The notes beneath the pieces were generated by a model that saw nothing but the letters and a program-made list of their open reading frames with translations, was not told the DNA's origin and made no database searches. From contig JAAYJV010000075.1 in assembly GCA_012522755.1 (NCBI GenBank), positions 2,276 to 66,275 on the forward strand: a DNA stretch of 64,000 nt, given 5' to 3'. Both the position numbers and the translations under genes were made by a program. Source of the stretch: Candidatus Hydrogenedens sp. Lineage in GTDB: Bacteria; Hydrogenedentota; Hydrogenedentia; Hydrogenedentales; CAITNO01. Below are positions 28,947 to 37,350 of this stretch, one piece after another (the first letter of the stretch is position 1; the number at the start of each line of letters is the position of its first letter).

Positions 28947-30224
28947 ATGTTTTCAGCACCGAACGAAAAACAGATTACACAGGGGTATGAACATGCCCGC
29001 GAAATCTACGGAGCCCTGGGGGTTGACGTGGATGCGGCCATGGATCGCCTCGCTTCCATCCCCATCTCCCTCCATTGCTGGCAGGGTGACGACGTGGTCG
29101 GCTTCGAAGATCTCAGCGCTGCGAGCGGCGGCGGTATCCAGGCAACGGGCAATTATCCCGGCCGGGCCACAACCCCCGATCAGCTGCGCCAGGATGCGAG
29201 CAAGGCACTGAGCCTCATCCCCGGCAAACATCGTTTCAACATCCATGCCATGTATGCGGAAACGGGTGGCGCCAAAGTGGATCGCGACGCGCTGGAGCCC
29301 GCCCATTTTCAGGGCTGGATGGACTGGGCCAAAGAGCAGGGCGTGGGCGTCGACTTCAACCCCACCTGCTTCGCTCATCCCAAAGCGGACGACGGATTCA
29401 CCCTCTCCAGCTATGATGCCGGTATCCGTCAGTTCTGGATTGATCATTGCATCGCCTCCAGAAAAATCGGCGCAGCCTTCGGCAAAGCTCTGAATTCACC
29501 CTGCGTCACCAATGTCTGGATCCCTGACGGATTCAAGGATGTGCCCGTAGATCGCAACCGTTCCCGCGAGCTGCTCCGAGACTCTCTCGACGCCGTTTTC
29601 GCCGAAGAGATCTGTCCTTCCGAAAACCTCGATGCTGTGGAATGCAAGCTCTTCGGTATCGGCTCGGAAAGCTGTGTCATCGGTTCACACGAGTTCTATC
29701 TGGGCTATGCCCTCAGCCGTAAAATACTGCTCTGCCTCGATGCGGGCCATTTCCACCCCACGGAAGTCATTTCCGACAAGATCAGCTCTGTTCTGGCTTT
29801 CATCCCCGAGATGCTCCTCCATGTGAGCCGTGGCGTGCGCTGGGACAGTGATCACGTCATCATGCTCACCGATGAAATCCGTGCCATTGCCGAAGAAATC
29901 ATCCGGAACAACTTCGAAAGCCGCATTCACATCGGTCTGGACTTCTTCGATGCCAGCATCAACCGTCTCGCCGCCTGGGTCATCGGAACCCGTGTCATGA
30001 TCAAGGCGCTGCTCATCGCTCTTCTGGAGCCCACCGAACAGCTGCGTGATCTGGAAAAGGCCGGCAACTACACGGCCCGCCTGGCCATGCTCGAAGAACT
30101 GAAGACCATGCCCTTCGGTGACGTCTGGAACTACTACTGTGTGAAGCAGAACGTTCCCGCCGCCGGTGCCTGGATGTCCGATGTCCAAAGCTATGAAAAG
30201 GACGTGCTCTCCCAGCGCGGCTGA
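28947..30224 (+). CDS. rhaA: L-rhamnose isomerase
   Basis: 425 aa. [14 protein letters not shown] is the conserved RhaA block as I recall it. Confidence 0.8.
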   Translation: MFSAPNEKQITQGYEHAREIYGALGVDVDAAMDRLASIPISLHCWQGDDVVGFEDLSAASGGGIQATGNYPGRATTPDQLRQDASKALSLIPGKHRFNIHAMYAETGGAKVDRDALEPAHFQGWMDWAKEQGVGVDFNPTCFAHPKADDGFTLSSYDAGIRQFWIDHCIASRKIGAAFGKALNSPCVTNVWIPDGFKDVPVDRNRSRELLRDSLDAVFAEEICPSENLDAVECKLFGIGSESCVIGSHEFYLGYALSRKILLCLDAGHFHPTEVISDKISSVLAFIPEMLLHVSRGVRWDSDHVIMLTDEIRAIAEEIIRNNFESRIHIGLDFFDASINRLAAWVIGTRVMIKALLIALLEPTEQLRDLEKAGNYTARLAMLEELKTMPFGDVWNYYCVKQNVPAAGAWMSDVQSYEKDVLSQRG

Positions 30225-30249
30225 TTTCTTTTATTCTCATCTCGAAAAA

Positions 30250-30278
30250 AGCGGGTGTCGCCTCATGCGATACCCGCT
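30250..30278 (+). terminator. candidate terminator hairpin after rhaA
   Basis: 12-bp stem AGCGGGTGTCGC / GCGATACCCGCT (one G-U pair) with a 5-nt loop. The T-tract after it (GTTTC) is weak. Confidence 0.45.
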
Positions 30279-30300
30279 GTTTCAACTTCAGGAATGATCC

Positions 30301-31440
30301 GTGGCCTCTTTATCCTGTCCCACAGCCACGCTGAAGCCCCGGGAAGAACGGCGTATTCAGCGGGGACATCTGTGGTGTTATAGAAATGAATTTTCCCTGG
30401 TGCCCGAGCTGGAAGACGGCGATATCTTTGATGTCTACGCATCCAACAGCCGCTTCACAGGCCGTGCTTTTTATCAGGCCCGGGGCGGCATCTGCGGAAG
30501 AATACTCTCCTTTCATCAGAGCAGCATTGACAGGGACTTTTTCAAAAAGCGTCTGCGCAATGCTGAAGAGCTGCGCCGAAAGCTTTTCCCGGGATCAACA
30601 CTCTACCGCTGGATTCACGGCGAAAGCGATGGTCTCCCCGGATTGATCATTGACCGCTACGATTCCGCCCTCTCCATACAGACGAGCTGCGCCTTTTATC
30701 AGAAACACCAGCCCCTTCTCGAAGAGATACTGCTTTCCTGGCCGGGCATTTCCTTTCTCTCCTTTTCCTTCAGAGACAGTCGCTCCGAAGCGGGGGAGAC
30801 ACTGGAGTCTTTTCAGGTGGAATTGAAGGGATTGAAGCTGGGACTCTCCCTCTCCAGCACACAAAAGACAGGTCTTTTTCTGGATCAACGGGAGAACTGG
30901 CCGCTGGTGGAGCCTTTCGCCTCAGGTGCCCGTGTTCTGGACGCCTTTTGTTATCACGGCCTCTGGGGACTGCATGCAGCCCGGGCCGGCGCTTCCTCCG
31001 TAACCTGCATCGATACCTCCCAGGCCGCTCTGGATCAGGCGAAAGAGAATGCACGCCTCAATGAGCTGGATCAGCAGTGTGTGTTTCTCCGCGAAAAAGT
31101 GGAAAATCATTTGCAGGATTCCGGGCTCTATGACGTGATCATTCTGGATCCGCCCGCCTTCGCCAAAAGCAGAAAACAGCAGCGCGCCGCCTTTGCTCTT
31201 TACGAAAATATCAACGTCAGCGCCTTGAAAAAACTGGCTCCCGGCGGCATGCTCATCAGCTGTTCCTGTTCCCATTTTCTGGACAACACCCTCTTTGAAG
31301 AAATGCTGAAGCGTGCAGCCAGACGTGCAGCCAGCCAACTGCAACTGCTCATGATGCGTGGCGCTGCTCCCGATCATCCTGTTCTCACGGCCATGCCCGA
31401 GACGGCTTATCTCAAATGTGCAGTACTGCGTATGACCTGA
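30301..31440 (+). CDS. rlmI: class I SAM-dependent rRNA methyltransferase (RlmI/YccW-like)
   Basis: The PUA-like N-terminus has RIQRGHLWCYRNEF. SAM motif VLDAFCYHGLWG and DPPAFAKS are present. GTG start. Confidence 0.7.
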   Translation: MASLSCPTATLKPREERRIQRGHLWCYRNEFSLVPELEDGDIFDVYASNSRFTGRAFYQARGGICGRILSFHQSSIDRDFFKKRLRNAEELRRKLFPGSTLYRWIHGESDGLPGLIIDRYDSALSIQTSCAFYQKHQPLLEEILLSWPGISFLSFSFRDSRSEAGETLESFQVELKGLKLGLSLSSTQKTGLFLDQRENWPLVEPFASGARVLDAFCYHGLWGLHAARAGASSVTCIDTSQAALDQAKENARLNELDQQCVFLREKVENHLQDSGLYDVIILDPPAFAKSRKQQRAAFALYENINVSALKKLAPGGMLISCSCSHFLDNTLFEEMLKRAARRAASQLQLLMMRGAAPDHPVLTAMPETAYLKCAVLRMT

Positions 31441-31460
31441 GAATGACGCATCCCCGGTGA

Positions 31461-33809
31461 TCAGGGAAGCCGCCCAGTCCCTTCGTTCCTGCTCTTTTCT
31501 TCCGAAAATGTCTCCGAAAGTTCCACACGGATCGGATCCCCGGAACGCCAGTGTACATCCTGCTGGGGGAAGGCGATTTCGATGCTCGCCTCACGGAAGA
31601 GCCGGGTGATACGATGGCGGATATCGCTCATGATCATGGGCCCGTCCACACGGGGACCCCGTTCCAGCCAGAAATAAACCGTGAATTCCAGTGCATGGGT
31701 GCCGAAGGCGGAAAGGAGCACCTTGGGAGCAGGATCCTGCAGTACCTGACCATGATCGGTCACCGCATAAAGCAGCAGTTTCGCCACTTCCCGTGTCGGT
31801 GAGTCGTAGGACACGCCCACATCCACCTGAACACGGTATTTCCTATCCGTCAGGGTCCAGTTGATGACACTGGTTTCCAGAAGCTTGCTGTTCGGGATGA
31901 TGACATCGTAGCCGTTGAACATGCGCAGCCGCACGGAACGCCCGCCGATATTGGTCACCGTCCCTGTCTTATTGTCAATCTCCACGATATCGCCCAGACG
32001 GATGGGTTGTTCACCCATGAGAATCAATCCGCTCAGAAAATTGTTGATCAGATTCTGCGCACCGAAGCCCACACCCAAGGCCACGGCACCTCCGAGAAAG
32101 GCGAAAATCGTCAGAGGAATATTGACATAATTCAAAGCGAAATAGACCACCGTCAGGAAGAGTACGTAGTTGGTCAGTTTCGCCACAATCATGACCACAT
32201 TGGAGCGCAGGTGCAGCCGGTTCACGGCATAATTGCGGATCATCCGGGTGATCATGCGGCTCACCACCAGTCCCACCACGAGAATGGCGATCATGTAAAA
32301 AATTTTGCGTCCCGTGATGCTTTCCTCTCCGATGACCCCAAGCTCATGATCAAAGGCCAGCGAAGTGGTGTCTTTCGCACGATGGAGCACATCGCGCCCC
32401 ACCTGCATCCAGGAGCGTTCTTTCTGGAGAAAACGCGCCTCATCAACAATACGCTCCGCCAGGGTGATGACCTCCACCAGACGCAACTGCATGCGATTTC
32501 TCAGGCGAAGGTTTTCGCGGAGAGATTCCAGCTCCTGCTCCGTCGGTTTGCGGCTGCCATCTTCGTCCTTCCAGTTCTCCAGCTGGGATTCCAGAGCATT
32601 GATCTTGCCCCTCAGGCTGATGGAACGCCGCTCCCCGGCATCCCGCTCTTTGTCCCAGACCACCATGCGTTCCATAAAAGCGGGAATCAACTTCCCCAGA
32701 TCAATACGCTCTTCGGCCATAGCCGGATTGATGATTTGAAAACGAAGGCGCCACAGTTGCCGGACGCTTTCTTCATATTCCAGCAGCGTCTCAATCCCGG
32801 CTATGCGGATACGGCCTGCATCCACCTGACGGCGCAAATGATCCAGATCATTTCTGGCCTGTTGTTGTGCGTCAGGATCGGTGGCCCGGGCCAGACTGCG
32901 TTCGGCTGCAAGCATTCTGTTCCGATGCTGATCGATATCATCCCGGGCTTTGCTCCCTTCCGTGGTCAGAGCCTCCACAAGCCCATCCTGACGCTTCATG
33001 ATCTCATCGAGCTCATCCTGTCGGAAGAGTGTCTGAATGCGTGCAAGCTCCCCCTTCTTTTTCGCAAAAGTATATTCCCCTTCCAGAAGTTGAAGCTGCC
33101 GTTCCTTGCGCTTCAACTCCATGGTCGCCGCCTCATACTCCGCTTCCTGCGCCTGAACCTGCAGCCTGGCTGTTTCACTTTCAAATTGAAGATTCACCCG
33201 GTCCTCCTGCGAGGCCAGACGCAACTGTTCAGCCGTGCGGTTCAGCGTGGCTTTGGCTTGGGCGATATCCGACTGTTCCATGCCCGCCAGTTCCTTGTAG
33301 GCACGCAAGGAAAGTTTTTCCGCATCGATATCCATCTGCTTCAACAGGGCCTGATCACGAAGCCCATCGAGGAAAGCCATGGTATAGGGCGGATCCTCGG
33401 GCAGGCGTGCGAAACTTTTCAGCTCCTCCTCAAATTGCCTGTGTCGCTCCTCCAGAACTTCATATTCGCTCAGCGCATTGGCGTGCCGCTGCCAGGCCGA
33501 CTGCATTTTCCGGAGTGTGCTGATCCTGGCCTGCAAAGCCGTAAAAGTGAATTCCGTAATACCCACAGCACTGGCCGACTCCTGTTCAAGCCATTGCTGA
33601 ATCTGGATTTCCACCTCGCTGATCCGGGTCTCCAGACTGAGAATCAGCTCTTCACGACCAGCCTTTTCAGAATCATTCGCACCGGCCCCTTCTCCCTGAG
33701 CTTCAGCAGGAACAGCAACTGCGGGCTTGTCCTGGGCCACAGCCGGGAGACACATGAAAAGAGCCGAAACAAACAATGACACCAGTGTGGAGCGGATGAA
33801 GGTATTCAT
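31461..33809 (-). CDS. MscK/KefA-like mechanosensitive channel with a long coiled-coil periplasmic region
   Basis: The C-terminal MscS core has GDIVEIDNKTGTVTNIGGRSVRLRMFNGYDVIIPNSKLL preceded by TM helices. The start is taken at MNTFIRSTLVSLF (signal-like, 33809). The tracked 33869 start would overlap the upstream gene. Confidence 0.8.
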   Translation of the reverse strand: MNTFIRSTLVSLFVSALFMCLPAVAQDKPAVAVPAEAQGEGAGANDSEKAGREELILSLETRISEVEIQIQQWLEQESASAVGITEFTFTALQARISTLRKMQSAWQRHANALSEYEVLEERHRQFEEELKSFARLPEDPPYTMAFLDGLRDQALLKQMDIDAEKLSLRAYKELAGMEQSDIAQAKATLNRTAEQLRLASQEDRVNLQFESETARLQVQAQEAEYEAATMELKRKERQLQLLEGEYTFAKKKGELARIQTLFRQDELDEIMKRQDGLVEALTTEGSKARDDIDQHRNRMLAAERSLARATDPDAQQQARNDLDHLRRQVDAGRIRIAGIETLLEYEESVRQLWRLRFQIINPAMAEERIDLGKLIPAFMERMVVWDKERDAGERRSISLRGKINALESQLENWKDEDGSRKPTEQELESLRENLRLRNRMQLRLVEVITLAERIVDEARFLQKERSWMQVGRDVLHRAKDTTSLAFDHELGVIGEESITGRKIFYMIAILVVGLVVSRMITRMIRNYAVNRLHLRSNVVMIVAKLTNYVLFLTVVYFALNYVNIPLTIFAFLGGAVALGVGFGAQNLINNFLSGLILMGEQPIRLGDIVEIDNKTGTVTNIGGRSVRLRMFNGYDVIIPNSKLLETSVINWTLTDRKYRVQVDVGVSYDSPTREVAKLLLYAVTDHGQVLQDPAPKVLLSAFGTHALEFTVYFWLERGPRVDGPMIMSDIRHRITRLFREASIEIAFPQQDVHWRSGDPIRVELSETFSEEKSRNEGTGRLP

Positions 33810-33846
33810 GAAATATCCGTCATGGGTTGAAACAAACACATAAAAC

Positions 33847-34671
33847 TCAAGAGATCTCGTTTTCGTCAAAGTCGTCCAGCAAAGCCTGGCCCAAGCCTAA
33901 AATGGTATTTTTGCCCATATGGAGCCACTGACAGGCATCGAACAAAGGAAGCAAAGGCCCGGCTCCTTCGGGAAAAGCCAGCGCACTGCTGACACAGCGA
34001 TACTCCACTTCCGCCTTTTGGCGAGCCGAATAACGCACATAACGCATGGGACGGGAAGCATCATAAAGGGTCGGCGTTGAATCGCAAAGATCCAGAATCA
34101 GTCTTGACGCATCACGTTGCGCGAGAGAGGGGGACTTGGTTTGAAAATTCCATACACGGCGCATGGCCGCCAATGCAACGTCACGCACCGAAGGAGCGGC
34201 AATGAGCTGACCCCCCCGCATGAGCCTTACAGGCTGTGCGAAAAAGAGCACCACAGGATTGTTTTCACGCCAGCTGTTGCCTTTCAAAAAATCAGGCCCT
34301 TCCGCAATCAGCTCCTGCGCACCCAGAGAAAAGGGGATGCGCGTCTTGCCATATCCGCGTGTGCCCGCCAGATTCCAGGCCGCAAACAACACCTCTTCAT
34401 ACTCTGTCGCCCTTCCGATGAAAATACATTCCAGATCCCTGCCGTCCAGACTGGGACGGATGATATACAAAGGATTCTTTTTGTCCTCAGCCCATCGCCC
34501 TTCAAAAACAATGTCGTAAATACCCGGTGCAAGATCATGGAGAGCCGCACCCCAGATGCCCCGCAAGGTAGAAATATTCACTTCCCCCAAAGGAGGTTCA
34601 AAGCCCAGACGCCACGCGCGCCAGTGCACATCCAGGGCCAGGGATTCTGTCAAGTTCCATACACTGTCCAT
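33847..34671 (-). CDS. orphan Cas6-like RAMP protein (PF10040/DUF2276-like)
   Basis: 274 aa. LRGIWGAALHDL lies near the N-terminus, then PLYIIRP, RGYGKTRIPFSL and VLFFAQPVRL. The C-terminal glycine-rich loop LHMGKNTILGLGQ (nt 33886-33924) fits the RAMP hGxxxxxGhG consensus. RBS AAGGAG lies 8 nt upstream. Confidence 0.55.
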   Translation of the reverse strand: MDSVWNLTESLALDVHWRAWRLGFEPPLGEVNISTLRGIWGAALHDLAPGIYDIVFEGRWAEDKKNPLYIIRPSLDGRDLECIFIGRATEYEEVLFAAWNLAGTRGYGKTRIPFSLGAQELIAEGPDFLKGNSWRENNPVVLFFAQPVRLMRGGQLIAAPSVRDVALAAMRRVWNFQTKSPSLAQRDASRLILDLCDSTPTLYDASRPMRYVRYSARQKAEVEYRCVSSALAFPEGAGPLLPLFDACQWLHMGKNTILGLGQALLDDFDENEIS

Positions 34672-34698
34672 AAAACATTCTCCTTATTGCCAAAAACC

Positions 34699-36837
34699 TT
34701 ACTCAATATCATGCTCATAAATACGCTTCAGCGACTTCGCACGGCCAACCCACTCCGCATCACCATACAGACCTGAAAGAGACAGATCGATGGGCTCAAA
34801 ACCCAATGCCAGTGCCGGAGAATCTTCAGCCAGAGTGAAATCGCGCCCCTCAACATCGACAAACAAAGGATCCGCAATGACAGAATCTTTGTCCTGACCC
34901 CCTTTTTGCCATTCCGCAAAAGACTGATCCTTGAAGCGGATCTCCCGGCCCGAAGCGTCCCAGTAACAGTTATCGTTCAGAACATAATTTCCGTTCTTCC
35001 AGGTGCTCCCCAGAAGTCCGCCCTCTTTGAAATAGACAATGTTTTTCTCAAAGAAGAAAGAAACATGCTCTTCCTCCCGCGACCGGATCAGCTGATCACG
35101 CTGGGAGAAAGCGAAGATATTGTTCACAACCTGATTCTCCCGGCCATAATGCTGATGGAAACCGCCCGTACGGGTGTTGCAGATCACATTGTCCCGCAAC
35201 AGAATATAGGTGCTGCCCTCATCAGTATACAAGCCCCAGCCTCCTGAAATGTTGCCGTTCGACAGAATATCATGAATATAATTGTTGCACAGTTCAGTCC
35301 CCGGCGACACGCCCAGGGTATAAATTCCGCCCATATCGCTCAACTGGCCCTTGCCCAGATTGTGGATGTGATTGCCCACAATTTTGTTGTGATGGGCCGA
35401 CGTGGGCGCATATCCCCAGGACCAGCCCACGGACACGCCCGAATAACGGAAATCGCAAATCTCATTTCTGGAGATCGTGTTGTGCGAACTCCGGCCGATC
35501 CATACACCCACGGCGCTGCGATAAATGCGGCCGCCATCATGAAGCAGACAGTTGTCCAGAGTGTTGTGCTCTGTCAGACAGGGAACCAGCTCCGCATCAT
35601 GACCCTCGCCGATCCGGACACCGCCTGCGCCGAGATCCGTGAAAGCGCAACGCTCCACCACGGTATTCTGCGTTCCCAGGCGAAGCCAGATCCCGTAACT
35701 GCCCACATGAGACACCTCGCAATCGCGGAAGACGCAATGACGGGCGCCCCGTGTTTCGATGGCCGCACCCACGCTCGTTTCCGCCTGACCGTCACTGTGC
35801 CCTTCTTTACCGATGGGCCAGTCGCCATAGCGCATATGAATCCCTTCAAAATGAAGATGGGAAACAAAAGCCTGCTTCTCAGGAACGCCTGTCAGCGACA
35901 GAAACTTACGGGTCAGCGGAATTACCGCCTCCACCGTATCCGGCGTCTCTCCGGCCCGGGGGATATAATGCAAGAGTCCCGCCTTCCGTTCCAGACACCA
36001 TTCGCCCGGAGTGTCCAGTGCATCCAGCAGATGATCCACGAAGAACCATTGCCTGTCCAGCCAGCGAGTGAAAGGCCAGCGCGCCGCACCTGTGAACTCC
36101 AGAATGCGCTTTTCAAAGTCGACCGCTTTCACGCGATGCAGAGACGTCGCCCAGGAATGGAATACCACGAACACAGCCTCATCCAGACCTGTCCAGTCCA
36201 GGATATCGCCCTGGTGAAAACGTAGCCGGGTACTGCTTTTCTTTTCTTCCCCTTCTTTCGCGTCTTCAATCAGAACAGCGCCATCCGTGTAAAAAAAGTC
36301 TGACTCCGCCGGATAATCACCAGCCGTGTGGGCCGCCTTCGGGAAACGTGCCGCATCGAGACGCTCGCCATTCACCCAGAAAGCGCCCACAGCAAAATCA
36401 TCGCCCTGAGCTTCGGGAACAGAGGCTACCCAGCGATCTTCACGAATCTCCCAGGAATCAATACGCCGCCCGCCGAAAAGAACAGGCACCTCGTCCGGAT
36501 AAGCCTTGTAGACGACGGGTGCATGACGAGTCCCTGAATCTTCCGGTTCAAAGACGATGGGCGATGTGATCGCATATTTACCCCCGCGAAGGAGCACCTC
36601 CACGGGAATTTTGTCATGCCCATCTGTCACGGCCCGCCATTGCCGCAAGGCATCCCGCGCCCCGGCGACAGTCGCCAGTGGACCATCCCCGCCGGCCGGG
36701 TCCGGCTGTTCCAGAGTGCCCGACCAGGCATCATTCCCTTCCGGCGACACATACAGCCTTTTGAGCTCGTCCTCGGCAAATCCTGAAACACACGCAAGCG
36801 CTACAGCCAAGCAAAACATAAAAGAAAAAATACGCAT
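34699..36837 (-). CDS. secreted right-handed parallel beta-helix repeat protein
   Basis: Signal peptide MRIFSFMFCLAVALACVSGFA. Repeated beta-helix rungs such as NTISRNEICDFRYSGVSVGW and NKIVGNHIHNLG. The start is set at 36837 after RBS GGGAG. Confidence 0.75.
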   Translation of the reverse strand: MRIFSFMFCLAVALACVSGFAEDELKRLYVSPEGNDAWSGTLEQPDPAGGDGPLATVAGARDALRQWRAVTDGHDKIPVEVLLRGGKYAITSPIVFEPEDSGTRHAPVVYKAYPDEVPVLFGGRRIDSWEIREDRWVASVPEAQGDDFAVGAFWVNGERLDAARFPKAAHTAGDYPAESDFFYTDGAVLIEDAKEGEEKKSSTRLRFHQGDILDWTGLDEAVFVVFHSWATSLHRVKAVDFEKRILEFTGAARWPFTRWLDRQWFFVDHLLDALDTPGEWCLERKAGLLHYIPRAGETPDTVEAVIPLTRKFLSLTGVPEKQAFVSHLHFEGIHMRYGDWPIGKEGHSDGQAETSVGAAIETRGARHCVFRDCEVSHVGSYGIWLRLGTQNTVVERCAFTDLGAGGVRIGEGHDAELVPCLTEHNTLDNCLLHDGGRIYRSAVGVWIGRSSHNTISRNEICDFRYSGVSVGWSWGYAPTSAHHNKIVGNHIHNLGKGQLSDMGGIYTLGVSPGTELCNNYIHDILSNGNISGGWGLYTDEGSTYILLRDNVICNTRTGGFHQHYGRENQVVNNIFAFSQRDQLIRSREEEHVSFFFEKNIVYFKEGGLLGSTWKNGNYVLNDNCYWDASGREIRFKDQSFAEWQKGGQDKDSVIADPLFVDVEGRDFTLAEDSPALALGFEPIDLSLSGLYGDAEWVGRAKSLKRIYEHDIE

Positions 36838-36982
36838 CAATCTACTCCCATGAAGATTCGGGTTTATCCATTCACAGCATCCAGTATAATCCGGAATCGC
36901 TGCCAAATTGTAATTATTGGAATCGGACAGTAAGCTGATGCTCATAAAAAAAGCCCTTGCATCACTGCAAAGGCTGAAAAAA

Positions 36983-37069
36983 TGGTGCCGGGAGAGGGAA
37001 TCGAACCCTCATGGTATTGCTACCGCCGGATTTTGAATCCGGTGCGTCTGCCGATTTCGCCATCCCGGC
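36983..37069 (-). tRNA. tRNA-Leu (CAA)
   Basis: 87 nt. Acceptor GCCGGGA/TCCCGGC, anticodon stem CCGGA/TCCGG with loop TTCAAAA, a long variable arm, T-loop TTCGATT, encoded CCA. Confidence 0.9.
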
Positions 37070-37110
37070 GCAGGCGCTATTCTAGCAAGGAAAGCCGTTT
37101 AAATACAAGA

Positions 37111-37345
37111 GAATTGAACCACGGAGAATTGGACCACGGAACACACTGAACACACGGAAAAAGACTTTTGAAGATGGATAGTGGATTGAAGGATTAAGCA
37201 CAGAGGAGAAAGTTTCTTTTAATTGTTTTATTTTGCTTTTGTTTGGGTTGATTAATATGGTTGATGACATGAAAGAGATACGCAGGTAATATTATTCACT
37301 GGATTAAGACCTCAGAAGAAATTGACCTGGTTCAATTTCTTGAAT
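37111..37345. repeat. Family B TIR element, copy R1 (short variant)
   Basis: A full left TIR (GAATTGAACCACGGAGAATTGGACCACGGAACACACTGAACACACGGAAAAAG) and conserved core, an internal deletion, and a truncated right end (ATTGACCTGGTTCAATTTC). Confidence 0.8.
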
Positions 37346-37350
37346 ATCTT

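Noticed and set aside
36983-37069. tRNA-Leu(CAA) as a classical integrase-mediated island integration site or prophage boundary
   Set aside because: The island lies on the 5' side of the tRNA. No integrase or phage genes are present, and no duplicated tRNA 3' segment is seen at 55.8 kb.
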